Shown: positions 8,306 to 17,032 of the stretch, in pieces | Position numbering within the stretch: the first letter of the stretch is position 1 | How the letters are laid out: each line of letters starts with the position of its first letter | Source of the DNA: Cytophagales bacterium | Lineage (GTDB): Bacteria; Bacteroidota; Bacteroidia; Cytophagales; Cyclobacteriaceae | DNA length: 33,533 nucleotides | NCBI GenBank assembly: GCA_038251495.1 | Contig: JBBSBG010000001.1 | Coordinates: forward strand, 1-33,533 | Direction of reading: 5' to 3' | Position numbers and translations under genes: made by a program | The notes under the pieces: model-generated | Database searches by the model: none | What the model was told of the DNA's origin: nothing | Seen by the model: the letters and a program-made list of their open reading frames with translations, nothing else

Positions 8306-11300
8306 TTATTGATGTGATACATTAGCATCCTTGCTGCTGACATAAGAATAGATTGCGGGAATTACATACAAGGTTAATATTGTTGCAAAGGCCATACCCC
8401 CAATAACAGCAATACCCATAGACACCCGACTTTCCGAGCCTGCCCCAAGTGCTAAAGCGATTGGCAGAATACCTAAAATGGTTGACATACTTGTCATAAG
8501 AATAGGCCTAAAGCGCGACTCAGCAGCTTCGGTTACGGCTTCTAACAACTTCTTGCCTTGCTCTTTGCGCTGATTGGCAAACTCAACAATTAAAATTCCA
8601 TTTTTAGTTACCAAACCGATCAACATGATAATACCAATCTGACTGAAAATATTTAATGTTTGATTGAAGTACCAAAGGGATATCAAAGCTCCAGCCAAAG
8701 CTAGTGGCACTGTAAACATAATGATCAATGGATCTTTAAAACTTTCGAACTGGCCCGCAAGGATGAGGTAAATGATTGTGAGGGCAATGGCAAAAGCAAT
8801 ATAAATACTTGACGAGCTCTCTGAAAATTCGCGCGAAGCTCCATCTAAACTAGTTGTATAGGATTCGTTTAAAACCTCCTCGCCAATTCTCTCCATTTCT
8901 TTAATGCCCTCGCCCAATGAAACTCCATTTGCTAACTGCGCACTTACTTTAGCAGAAGAATATCGATTGAAGCGATATAGCTGCGGTGGGCTGCTAAGTT
9001 CTTCAAAGGTCACCAAGTTATCCAATTGAATTAGTTCCCCACGTTTGTTCTTTACATAAAGTGTTTTCAAATCAAGTGGCTCATTGCGATCAGCACGCTC
9101 AACCTGACCAATAATTTGGTACTGTTTTCCATCCATAATAAAATTACCAAACCGAGAACCGCTGAGCCCAAGCTGTAGAGTTTGAGCAATATCAAACACG
9201 TTCACTCCTAAGTTTCGCGCTTTATCACGATCAATAGAAATATTAATCTCTGGTTTATTAAATTTTAAATCTAAATCAACAAATGAAAATTTTGGACTTG
9301 CATTGGCTTTCGTTATAAATTCAGGAAGCACTTCTTTAAGTTTATCTATTTCAGCTGCCTGGATAACAAACTGCACCGGAAAACCTCCTCGTCTATCGCC
9401 AATAGTTTGTGCCTGCGATACAAAGGTTCGCACCCCAGAATATTTGCGAGCACGTTTGGTAACATCATCGACAATTTCTTGTTGAGTTCGCGTTCTTTCC
9501 CCAGGAGATTTTAACATAACTCTCACAAAGCCAGAGTTAGCACCCGCTCCGCCAAACCCAGGTGCAGTTACACTGAGGTAGCCAAAGGTTTCGGGCACTT
9601 CTTCCCGAATAAAATTATTTAGTTCCTGCACGTATTTGTCGGTATACTCAAACGTGGCACCTTCCATAGCTTGCGCCTGTAACCGAAATTCACTGCGATC
9701 TTCCATGGGAGCAAGCTCAGAAGGAACAAGTATTCCCATCAAATAAATTAATCCACCTGATGCAATTATGACTACAAATGCTAACCAACGGTGTTTCATA
9801 AATCCAGCCAATGAATTGCTGTACGCTTTTGTAAGTCCTTCGAAGAAGGGCTCTGTTACCCGATATAACCAAGGCTGTACAGCTCTGCGTTTCAATATTT
9901 TCGCACTCATCATTGGCGTAAGTGTTAACGAAACAAATGCTGAGATTGCCACTGAACTCGCTACCACTAAACCAAACTCGCGAAACAGGCGACCTGTTAA
10001 GCCTTGTAAAAAAATTACTGGCAAGAAAACCGCCACTACAGAAACGGTGGTTGAGATAACCGCAAAATAGATTTCAGTCGATCCCTTCTTTGCTGCCTCA
10101 GTAGGATCTTCGCCTTCTTCAATCTTTACATAAATATTTTCTAAAACAACAATGGCATCATCAACAACAAGACCGATGGCTAACACAATCCCTAAAAGGG
10201 TAAGCACATTGATTGTGAAGCCTAGTAAATACATAACAAAGAAGGCGCCTATTAATGAGATTGGAATTGTTGCAACAGGAATTAAGGTTGTGCGCCAATC
10301 GCGTAAAAACAAAAAGATGATGGCGAGCACTAAACAAAAAGCAATGATAATGGTCTCCTCTACTTCAGAAATTGACGCTCGTATATATTCAGTTGAATCA
10401 TAACTCATCACATACTTTACATCGGCCGGAAGATCATGTTGAATCTGCGCCAGCTTTTTGTATAACCTTTCAGAGATATCGATGTTGTTTGCGCCTGGCT
10501 GTGCTACAATTGCAATCGCACATCCTGGCACGCCATCACGCCTTAAAATACTGCGATCGTTCTCAGCGCCTAGTTCGGCTCTGCCTACATCGCTAAAGCG
10601 AACTATCTTATCACCATCTTCTTTAATGATTAGATTATTGAAATCTTCTTCTGTAGTCAACCGTCCCATCGTGCGCACGGTTAGTTCGGTATTTGAACCT
10701 TCCACTCTGCCCGAAGGCAATTCAACATTTTCGCGATTAACTGCCTGCAGCACATCTGAAGGTGCGAGTTTTAAGGAAGCCAGTTTAATTGGATCCATCC
10801 ACATGCGCATGGAGTACCTTCGTTCACCCCAAACCTGCACCGAACTTATGCCTGGAATTGTTTGAATACGTTCTTTAAAATATAATTCCGCAATCCGCGA
10901 AAGCTCAAGTAAATCGCGTTTGCTACTTACTACCGTTAAAAAGATAATAGGACTTGAATCGGCATCTGCTTTTTCAACGCGAGGTGGATCAACATCTGGC
11001 GGCAGTCTATTTGTTGCTCCGGAAACTTTATCGCGAACATCATTGGCAGCAGCTTCTAAATCAACACCAAGTTCAAACTCAACAGTAATGTTGCTTCTTC
11101 CTTCGCGACTTACTGAAGTAATGGTTCTTACTCCGGGCACACCGTTAACAGCTTCTTCAAGTGGCTCTGTGATTTGTGATTCAATTACACTTGAGTTTGC
11201 GCCAACATAAGTTGTTGATACAGTAACTACGGGTGGATCAACACTTGGAAATTCGCGAACCCCCAAAAACATAAATCCTATTACACCAAACAGGATTATA

Positions 11301-11362
11301 ACAAGAGACATTACAATGGCCAGCACGGGTCTGTTAATACTTGTGATTGATAGACTTGCCAT
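8306..11362 (-). CDS. RND efflux permease (AcrB/MdtB-like)
   Basis: 1018 aa with INRPV N-terminus and intact proton-relay motifs GLVVDDAIVVLEN, GLVTKNGILIVEF and RFRPILMTS. Confidence 0.95.
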   Translation of the reverse strand: MASLSITSINRPVLAIVMSLVIILFGVIGFMFLGVREFPSVDPPVVTVSTTYVGANSSVIESQITEPLEEAVNGVPGVRTITSVSREGRSNITVEFELGVDLEAAANDVRDKVSGATNRLPPDVDPPRVEKADADSSPIIFLTVVSSKRDLLELSRIAELYFKERIQTIPGISSVQVWGERRYSMRMWMDPIKLASLKLAPSDVLQAVNRENVELPSGRVEGSNTELTVRTMGRLTTEEDFNNLIIKEDGDKIVRFSDVGRAELGAENDRSILRRDGVPGCAIAIVAQPGANNIDISERLYKKLAQIQHDLPADVKYVMSYDSTEYIRASISEVEETIIIAFCLVLAIIFLFLRDWRTTLIPVATIPISLIGAFFVMYLLGFTINVLTLLGIVLAIGLVVDDAIVVLENIYVKIEEGEDPTEAAKKGSTEIYFAVISTTVSVVAVFLPVIFLQGLTGRLFREFGLVVASSVAISAFVSLTLTPMMSAKILKRRAVQPWLYRVTEPFFEGLTKAYSNSLAGFMKHRWLAFVVIIASGGLIYLMGILVPSELAPMEDRSEFRLQAQAMEGATFEYTDKYVQELNNFIREEVPETFGYLSVTAPGFGGAGANSGFVRVMLKSPGERTRTQQEIVDDVTKRARKYSGVRTFVSQAQTIGDRRGGFPVQFVIQAAEIDKLKEVLPEFITKANASPKFSFVDLDLKFNKPEINISIDRDKARNLGVNVFDIAQTLQLGLSGSRFGNFIMDGKQYQIIGQVERADRNEPLDLKTLYVKNKRGELIQLDNLVTFEELSSPPQLYRFNRYSSAKVSAQLANGVSLGEGIKEMERIGEEVLNESYTTSLDGASREFSESSSSIYIAFAIALTIIYLILAGQFESFKDPLIIMFTVPLALAGALISLWYFNQTLNIFSQIGIIMLIGLVTKNGILIVEFANQRKEQGKKLLEAVTEAAESRFRPILMTSMSTILGILPIALALGAGSESRVSMGIAVIGGMAFATILTLYVIPAIYSYVSSKDANVSHQ

Positions 11363-11394
11363 AATTTTATTTTAAGAGTCCTTCGTATAACATT

Positions 11395-12462
11395 TTAGTT
11401 AAGATTCGAAATCTTGATTCCAATTCCTGAACGCAACTGTAAGATGCCTGTTGTTAACAACGTATCGCCCACATTCAATCCAGATAAAACTTCCAATGAG
11501 TCTTCTGTGCGAATCCCCGTCTCTATGCGAACCTCAGCAGCTTTTCCATTTTCAAGAACAAAAACCTTCTTGCCATTCTGTTCTGGTATAACTGCTTGCG
11601 TTGGAACCAGAATCGCATTATTAGTTGATTGAAGAATCAGTTCCACTTTAACAAATTGACCGGGCAACAAATTACCACCTTTGTTATCAGCCAACGCTCT
11701 GATTTTTAATGTGCGTGTATCTGGGTCAATGCGGGGTTCAATAGCATACACCTCGCCCTCATAAATTTTCATGTCGCTTTCAATGGTGAAGCGGATTTTC
11801 TTTCCCGGAGAAACTTGTGTGCTGTACCGCCCTGGAATTGCAAAATCAATTTTAGCAGGTGAAATATTGTAGAGTGTAGCGATAACTGTACTTGGCGAGA
11901 TATAAGCACCCTCGCTAACAAAGCGCAGTCCAATAACTCCATCAAAAGGAGCACGAACTTTGGTTTTAGCTAGTTGTGTTTCGAGTAATTGAATATCTGC
12001 CCCCGTTGTATTTAAACGGTTTAATGCGTTATCATACTCTTCTTGGCTAATCGCATCCTTTTCTAAAAGTTTGCGCTGGCGAAATTCATTATCTTCATTC
12101 AGCTTGCGATTGTATTTCTGTTTTTCAAGTTGAGCCGCGATCTCATCATCATTTGTTCGAATAAGCAGATCCCCTTTCTTAACCTGTTTTCCTTCTTTGA
12201 AAGCGATAGAAATTATTTTACCCGATACTTCACTTTTCAATTCCAGCGATTCATTAGGCAAAACTGATCCGGTAACATTCAATTTATTATCCAGCTTGGC
12301 TGGCTTAATAACAATTGCATCTACAAAGAGTGTTTGACTACCACCTCCCTGACCTGGTGCAGCTTGTTGCTTGGCTTTATCACCAAAAAGGTTAAGCTTT
12401 GGCAGTGCTAACAGAAATATAACAACCGCTACGATGGCAACGGTAATGAGCGTCTTTTTCAT
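11395..12462 (-). CDS. RND periplasmic adaptor (membrane fusion protein)
   Basis: N-terminal anchor, lipoyl halves (SEVSGKI...VKKGDLL, RAPFDGVI) and LLPGQFV. Confidence 0.94.
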   Translation of the reverse strand: MKKTLITVAIVAVVIFLLALPKLNLFGDKAKQQAAPGQGGGSQTLFVDAIVIKPAKLDNKLNVTGSVLPNESLELKSEVSGKIISIAFKEGKQVKKGDLLIRTNDDEIAAQLEKQKYNRKLNEDNEFRQRKLLEKDAISQEEYDNALNRLNTTGADIQLLETQLAKTKVRAPFDGVIGLRFVSEGAYISPSTVIATLYNISPAKIDFAIPGRYSTQVSPGKKIRFTIESDMKIYEGEVYAIEPRIDPDTRTLKIRALADNKGGNLLPGQFVKVELILQSTNNAILVPTQAVIPEQNGKKVFVLENGKAAEVRIETGIRTEDSLEVLSGLNVGDTLLTTGILQLRSGIGIKISNLN

Positions 12463-12497
12463 TGATAACTAAAATATATGAATTGAGAAACGTGTGT

Positions 12498-13100
12498 TTA
12501 GCTTGCTGAGTTAAACCGTTCGTGTAATTTCAAGACTTGTGGCACAATCAACTCACTCTCATCATTCCTTATAATAAAATCTGCCTTCATTTCTTTTTCA
12601 CTTTCCGGTAACTGATTTTCAATAATCTTTTCTATGTCTTCTCTATCGCGATGTTTATCTCTGATTAAAACCCTGTCTATCCTTATTTTCTGTGGAGCCG
12701 TAACCAAAATTATTTGATCCAACTTCCGGTACGTTCCTGCCTCAAACAGCAGAGCCGCCTCCTTTAGCACATACCTGTAAGTGATGTGATCAGTTACCCA
12801 TTGGTTGTAGTCCACCTCAACCCGTGGATGAACAAAGGAATTCAGTTTTTCAAGTTTTGCTGGTTGGTTAAAAACGGTTGCACTTAGATGCTCCCGGTTA
12901 AGCCCACCCTGCTCATTATATGACAATGATCCGAATTCTTTTTTGATCTGATCGATTAGTATTCCGTCAGTGGTCATTAAATTTTTCGCTCGGTAGTCTG
13001 CATCATAAACAGGCATACCTAAAACTGCAAATATTTTACAAACCAGACTTTTGCCTGAGCCTATGCCACCTGTTATGCCAACTTGTAAGGGTATTTTCAT
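12498..13100 (-). CDS. coaE: Dephospho-CoA kinase
   Basis: GITGGIGSGKS, YDAD, VHPRV and EAALLFE. Confidence 0.96.
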   Translation of the reverse strand: MKIPLQVGITGGIGSGKSLVCKIFAVLGMPVYDADYRAKNLMTTDGILIDQIKKEFGSLSYNEQGGLNREHLSATVFNQPAKLEKLNSFVHPRVEVDYNQWVTDHITYRYVLKEAALLFEAGTYRKLDQIILVTAPQKIRIDRVLIRDKHRDREDIEKIIENQLPESEKEMKADFIIRNDESELIVPQVLKLHERFNSAS

Positions 13101-13105
13101 AGGTT

Positions 13106-14059
13106 TTAATAAACCTTTACTGAAACTGAGTCGATCGACAAAACCTCTGCATACTTTGGCAATCCTGTAAGGGCTGGTTGAAGCCGATACATTCCTTTTG
13201 GTTTATTTTTCATTTGGGCAATGGCCAAAATAAGATGACGATCTTCATTAAAAGTTTCGGCTTGCTCCTTGGGAATCCTAATTCTGATCTTAACGCTATC
13301 GATAAATGTTTGCTTAAAAGACCGATTTACATTGGCAAGTAAAATTGTGACATAGGCATCGATTTTTTCAACCGAACCAACTTCAAACATAACGGTTGCC
13401 ACCGATGGGTTTCTCACAATTGATTCGCTGTTTGGAATAACGATCTCTACTTCTTTTCGAAATGGATCGTCCAACTCTGACTTAGGCATAATAAGAGCAA
13501 TTGAATCTGGTAGTTGATGAAGTAGAGATTTAGCTCCTTCTAACTTTACTGAGTCCGGAAGCACCGCTACAGGGCTCACCCGACCATAACCTTCGCTAAA
13601 AGTTACCTGACTAAGATCAGCAAATAGTTTGAACTTGTGCGAATCGAGTTCATCAATTTGCAACCGTAGGGTGTCATTAACGATATAATTAATTCTTAAT
13701 CCACTACCTAGCTGTTCGCTGAAGGAAGGTGTTAGTGAACTGGCAACAATTTTTTTTACTTCTGTCGGTCGGGGTAACGAAATATTTAATTCAGGAAGTT
13801 TAATACCGATACTTTTTCTGAAAAGATCCCACCCGTTGCCACTTACATTCACCCGCACATCGCGTGGCAAGCTATTAATCGGAATAAATTTTTCCTGATT
13901 GTAATCGAAACGCAGTGGAAAACGAATATTGGTTGAATAGCTTTTGTTAAAGGCATTGAAAAGCCAAAAGATGGCAGCAGCGATAAAACATAAAGCCACT
14001 GCCTTCCAGTTGGTGCGGTTAAATTGAAAAAGGTTGACAAAGACTCTTACAAAGTTCAT
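13106..14059 (-). CDS. YbbR/CdaR-like domain protein
   Basis: Single N-terminal TM helix, PDSVKLEG-type YbbR motif, and the usual position between yajC and coaE. Confidence 0.75.
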   Translation of the reverse strand: MNFVRVFVNLFQFNRTNWKAVALCFIAAAIFWLFNAFNKSYSTNIRFPLRFDYNQEKFIPINSLPRDVRVNVSGNGWDLFRKSIGIKLPELNISLPRPTEVKKIVASSLTPSFSEQLGSGLRINYIVNDTLRLQIDELDSHKFKLFADLSQVTFSEGYGRVSPVAVLPDSVKLEGAKSLLHQLPDSIALIMPKSELDDPFRKEVEIVIPNSESIVRNPSVATVMFEVGSVEKIDAYVTILLANVNRSFKQTFIDSVKIRIRIPKEQAETFNEDRHLILAIAQMKNKPKGMYRLQPALTGLPKYAEVLSIDSVSVKVY

Positions 14060-14104
14060 GATGCAACCAGATTTAACTCAATGAAAAACCTATCTCACTC
14101 AATG

Positions 14105-14428
14105 CTAGGTAGTCGCAGGCTTTTTGCCAGCAATCGCTTTTGTTGACTCCATTGAAATAGAAGCCTTCTGAAATTTTATTCTGCCGCCACGTTCCACTTC
14201 AAGAATAAATGTATCATCCTCAATTTCAGCAATTCTTCCGTGCATACCACCAATGGTTACTATATAATCGCCCTTCTTAATTTCTTCTACAAATTTCTTT
14301 TGATCCTTGGCCTTCTTTTGTTGTGGGCGAATCATAAAAAAATAGAAAACGGCAACAATTGCCCCCATGAAAAGTAATTGGGTGGTCATTCCACCTGACT
14401 GTCCTTGTAATAAAATTGAATAAATCAT
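14105..14428 (-). CDS. yajC: Preprotein translocase subunit YajC
   Basis: FYFFMIRPQQKK and KGDYIVTIGGMHG. Start moved to ATG 14428 because a TAACTTTG promoter element covers the ORF-track start. Confidence 0.95.
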   Translation of the reverse strand: MIYSILLQGQSGGMTTQLLFMGAIVAVFYFFMIRPQQKKAKDQKKFVEEIKKGDYIVTIGGMHGRIAEIEDDTFILEVERGGRIKFQKASISMESTKAIAGKKPATT

Positions 14429-14446
14429 AGTAAAAATTTTGGGCTG

Positions 14447-14454
14447 CAAAGTTA
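14447..14454 (-). promoter_or_regulatory. -7 promoter element for yajC-ybbR-coaE(-RND)
   Basis: TAACTTTG on the minus strand, just downstream of the DUF1573 terminator. Confidence 0.6.
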
Positions 14455-14466
14455 TCCTAATAAAAT

Positions 14467-14500
14467 AAACATCCCAAACCGACTTCGATTTGGGATGTTT
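14467..14500 (-). terminator. Intrinsic terminator after the DUF1573 gene
   Basis: 12-bp inverted repeat AAACATCCCAAA / TTTGGGATGTTT followed by T-rich sequence on the minus strand. Confidence 0.8.
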
Positions 14501-14522
14501 TGACTAATTGTCTTAATGGAAT

Positions 14523-15068
14523 TTATTTCACCGGACCGCCAGCGCCATCAGGTTTTGGAGTAACCATAGCCTTAAAACGCAAGGTTGTAACCTTAGGCCA
14601 GGTGTTGGCAGTAACTGTTACCGTTTTGTTATTAATTCCAGGCTTGCCACTGCTATCAAATTCTACATCAATATAACCAGTGCCTCCAACAGCAATAGGC
14701 TCTTGAGAGAATGTAGGTACAGTGCAACCACATGAAGGCTGCGCGCTTTGAATAATCAATGGAGCTTCCCCATTGTTGGTTAGCTTGTATCTATAGCTTA
14801 CTTTTTTGCCATCTTCAATAGTTCCAAAATCGTGCTCTACTTTCTCGAACGTTGCTGCGGGCAATGGTCCGTCTGGTTTTACGTCAGCTGTAGCAGCTGC
14901 AGCGTCAGGGATTGCTGTTGGCGCAGGGGTTGTAGCTCCTTTACCGCCTTCAATTTGTGCCAGACGACTTTCTAATTCCGCAATTCTTTTTTCAGAAGCA
15001 CGGTCGTTGCAACTCATCATCACAGCAACCAATGCTAGAGCCGTTAATAATCTGAATGTGATTTTCAT
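14523..15068 (-). CDS. DUF1573 domain lipoprotein
   Basis: Lipobox MMSC, Pro/Ala linker, and HDFGTI...NNGEAPLII...PSCGCTVP. Confidence 0.9.
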   Translation of the reverse strand: MKITFRLLTALALVAVMMSCNDRASEKRIAELESRLAQIEGGKGATTPAPTAIPDAAAATADVKPDGPLPAATFEKVEHDFGTIEDGKKVSYRYKLTNNGEAPLIIQSAQPSCGCTVPTFSQEPIAVGGTGYIDVEFDSSGKPGINNKTVTVTANTWPKVTTLRFKAMVTPKPDGAGGPVK

Positions 15069-15160
15069 ATTTGTATGTTTTAAATTTAGCTTTTTAATTT
15101 ACTCCAAAGGTAGAAGTGACCTCCCAATTTTTTCAATCTGAATCTCGTTTTAACAAAACA

Positions 15161-15469
15161 TTAACTGTTCTTTCCCCTTATTTGTTCCAATAATTCATCC
15201 ACATCATCAAGCAAACGCTGAGCTTTATCTTTCGCTTCCGAAACTACTTTCTGCCCCTGCGATTTGGCTTCCGTTGTAAGAGCGGTTTCCTTTCCAGAAA
15301 CCAAATCATCCAAAAAGTTTTCCAGCACTTTTTTGTACTTATCTAATTGAAATGACAATTTCTCGCGAGTATTGGTACCCGTATCGGGCGCATATAAAAC
15401 ACCCAGAATTGCTCCAGCGGCCGCTCCAGCCAAAAAAGCCATTAATGCATTACTTCCTTTTTTGCCCAT
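15161..15469 (-). CDS. YtxH domain protein
   Basis: FLAGAAAGAILGVLYAPDTGTNTRE signature. Confidence 0.9.
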   Translation of the reverse strand: MGKKGSNALMAFLAGAAAGAILGVLYAPDTGTNTREKLSFQLDKYKKVLENFLDDLVSGKETALTTEAKSQGQKVVSEAKDKAQRLLDDVDELLEQIRGKNS

Positions 15470-15492
15470 AGTTTTAACCTTTAAAGGGACGG

Positions 15493-15500
15493 CAAAGATA
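15493..15500 (-). promoter_or_regulatory. -7 promoter element for the ytxH-like gene
   Basis: TATCTTTG on the minus strand. Confidence 0.6.
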
Positions 15501-15544
15501 CGATTTTCAGGCCTTTTTTCAAGGTGTTTACCAAGTTGTAAAGT

Positions 15545-15635
15545 AAATTTTTCACCATTAAGACCATTAAGAAATGAAGAGATAGTTCCCCTTAATGTTC
15601 TTAATTCCTTAACTATCTTAATGGTTAAATTTTTT
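15545..15635. repeat. REP-like composite palindrome of 8-9 bp units (ACCATTAAG / CTTAATGGT)
   Basis: ACCATTAAG ACCATTAAG AAATGAAG ... CTTAATGTT CTTAATTC CTTAACTAT CTTAATGGT. Confidence 0.75.
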
Positions 15636-15641
15636 CACCTA

Positions 15642-16769
15642 CTACTTATTATCAATCAACCCGCGGCCACTCTTCCTAATTGCGCCCGATTCCTTCATGG
15701 TTTTTGACATCACATCCAGTATACCATTTACAAACTGACGACTCTTGGGCGTACTGTATTCCTTTGACAGCTCTATATATTCATTTATTGTAACCTTTAC
15801 GGGAATGTTTGGGAAATGAATCATTTCTGTAAGCGCCATCTCTAATATTGCACGATCGGTCAATGGCAAGCGGTCAACTTCCCAGTTCTTGGTATTCTTT
15901 GCAATCAGTTGCTTGTATTCATCATCAAGCTCAATTGTATTCTTGAACAACTTATTGATAAAATCTTTGTCATCTTCCCAATCCAACGAAAGTTTTTGAA
16001 TCGCCACTTTGTTGTCTTCAAATGATTTCAGCGTTTTGTCAGCCAGACTTTTTACAATGTCGCGATCTTCAGCCCAGCGAATGTCTTGGTCTTCAAAAAA
16101 ATCGTTGATTGATCCTGATCCTAAAATCAGCTTACGAACGATGTGCTTCACTAATCCTTTCTGACTCTCTTCGTCTGGATTTTTTGCTGCAATAAACTCT
16201 TGATAGAGTGAGTCTTCCTTAATTATGTCTTTGAACCATCCCCTTACCAACCCTCTACTCTTCTGCCAATCGCTTCCGGCTTTAAGTTGAGAAGCATTTA
16301 ATTCTTCACTAGCAGCGATGGCTTTAATAACCGGATGATTAACAAAATTGGAGTGGTTCACTTTCTTTTCGGCATCAGCCAACGCAGCAAACTCAACAAG
16401 TAATTGCAGCACACTGTGGTATAGGCCAGTTAGTTTTTCAATTTCAAGAATGATATTCTTCGCCAGGAATGTCCGATCCTTCTTTACCTGATTGTTGAAT
16501 AAATCGAACGCGTCTGTAACGGCTTTTTCAACTTTAATATCTTCACTAGTGCTTTCCTCTTTGCCTTTATACCGCTTTTCAAAAAGCTGAAGCGCAGTTT
16601 TTTTCTGACTGCGAAGCAATTCTTTGTCTTGTACTTCCATGGAATTAAGATCCGGCCGAAGCCTTTCTTCAATTAAGTCGAGCGCCAGCGTGTGGTTAGC
16701 TTCTTTACATTGATTAAACGCAAAAAGGCTTTGCATAATTTTGATGCGGATAGTTCGTCTGTTAAGCAT
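15642..16769 (-). CDS. nusB: Transcription antitermination factor NusB (long Bacteroidota form)
   Basis: MLNRRTIRIKIMQSL start, NWEVDRL...DRAIL and IPVKVTINEYIELSKEYSTPKSRQFVNGILD. Confidence 0.95.
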   Translation of the reverse strand: MLNRRTIRIKIMQSLFAFNQCKEANHTLALDLIEERLRPDLNSMEVQDKELLRSQKKTALQLFEKRYKGKEESTSEDIKVEKAVTDAFDLFNNQVKKDRTFLAKNIILEIEKLTGLYHSVLQLLVEFAALADAEKKVNHSNFVNHPVIKAIAASEELNASQLKAGSDWQKSRGLVRGWFKDIIKEDSLYQEFIAAKNPDEESQKGLVKHIVRKLILGSGSINDFFEDQDIRWAEDRDIVKSLADKTLKSFEDNKVAIQKLSLDWEDDKDFINKLFKNTIELDDEYKQLIAKNTKNWEVDRLPLTDRAILEMALTEMIHFPNIPVKVTINEYIELSKEYSTPKSRQFVNGILDVMSKTMKESGAIRKSGRGLIDNK

Positions 16770-16815
16770 GAATTAAGAACGTTTTTTGGAACTGTAAAAT
16801 TATGAATTAACAGTT

Positions 16816-16910
16816 AAGGTTGGCAAAAGGTTGACAACCTTTTTCTCTTCAGCTAACAAAGGTTGTCAACCTTTGGCTGAACCTTTTATCAGTGCAGGGT
16901 TGATAACCTT
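16816..16910. repeat. REP-like array of AAGGTTG(A/T)CAACCTT palindromes
   Basis: AAGGTTGGCAAAAGGTTGACAACCTTT, its near-perfect inverted copy AAAGGTTGTCAACCTTTGGCTGAACCTT, and a third degenerate copy AGGGTTGATAACCTT. Confidence 0.8.
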
Positions 16911-17032
16911 GGAGACGAGAAATTTGATCTGGCAGAACTTACTTGGCGAGCCTCGCTGAACTTATTATTGCTACTTTCGTTTTAAAGAAGCCTAAAAATT
17001 TAGGCGCTAGTCAAGCAGGCCGGTATTATCTC

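Noticed and set aside
9303-11954. Many Ser/Thr-rich antisense ORFs within the RND genes, and similar ones in dxs, the ABC genes and the thiolase
   Set aside because: They are typical reverse-frame shadows of long genes with no recognisable motifs.
15545-16910. Repeat clusters as a CRISPR array
   Set aside because: There are no identical direct repeats with regular unique spacers and no cas genes.
16943-17032. N-terminal extensions given by the ORF track (also 6086, 14449, 29195, 30299)
   Set aside because: They start at TTG/GTG codons inside promoter or repeat DNA. Downstream ATGs match the family N-termini better.
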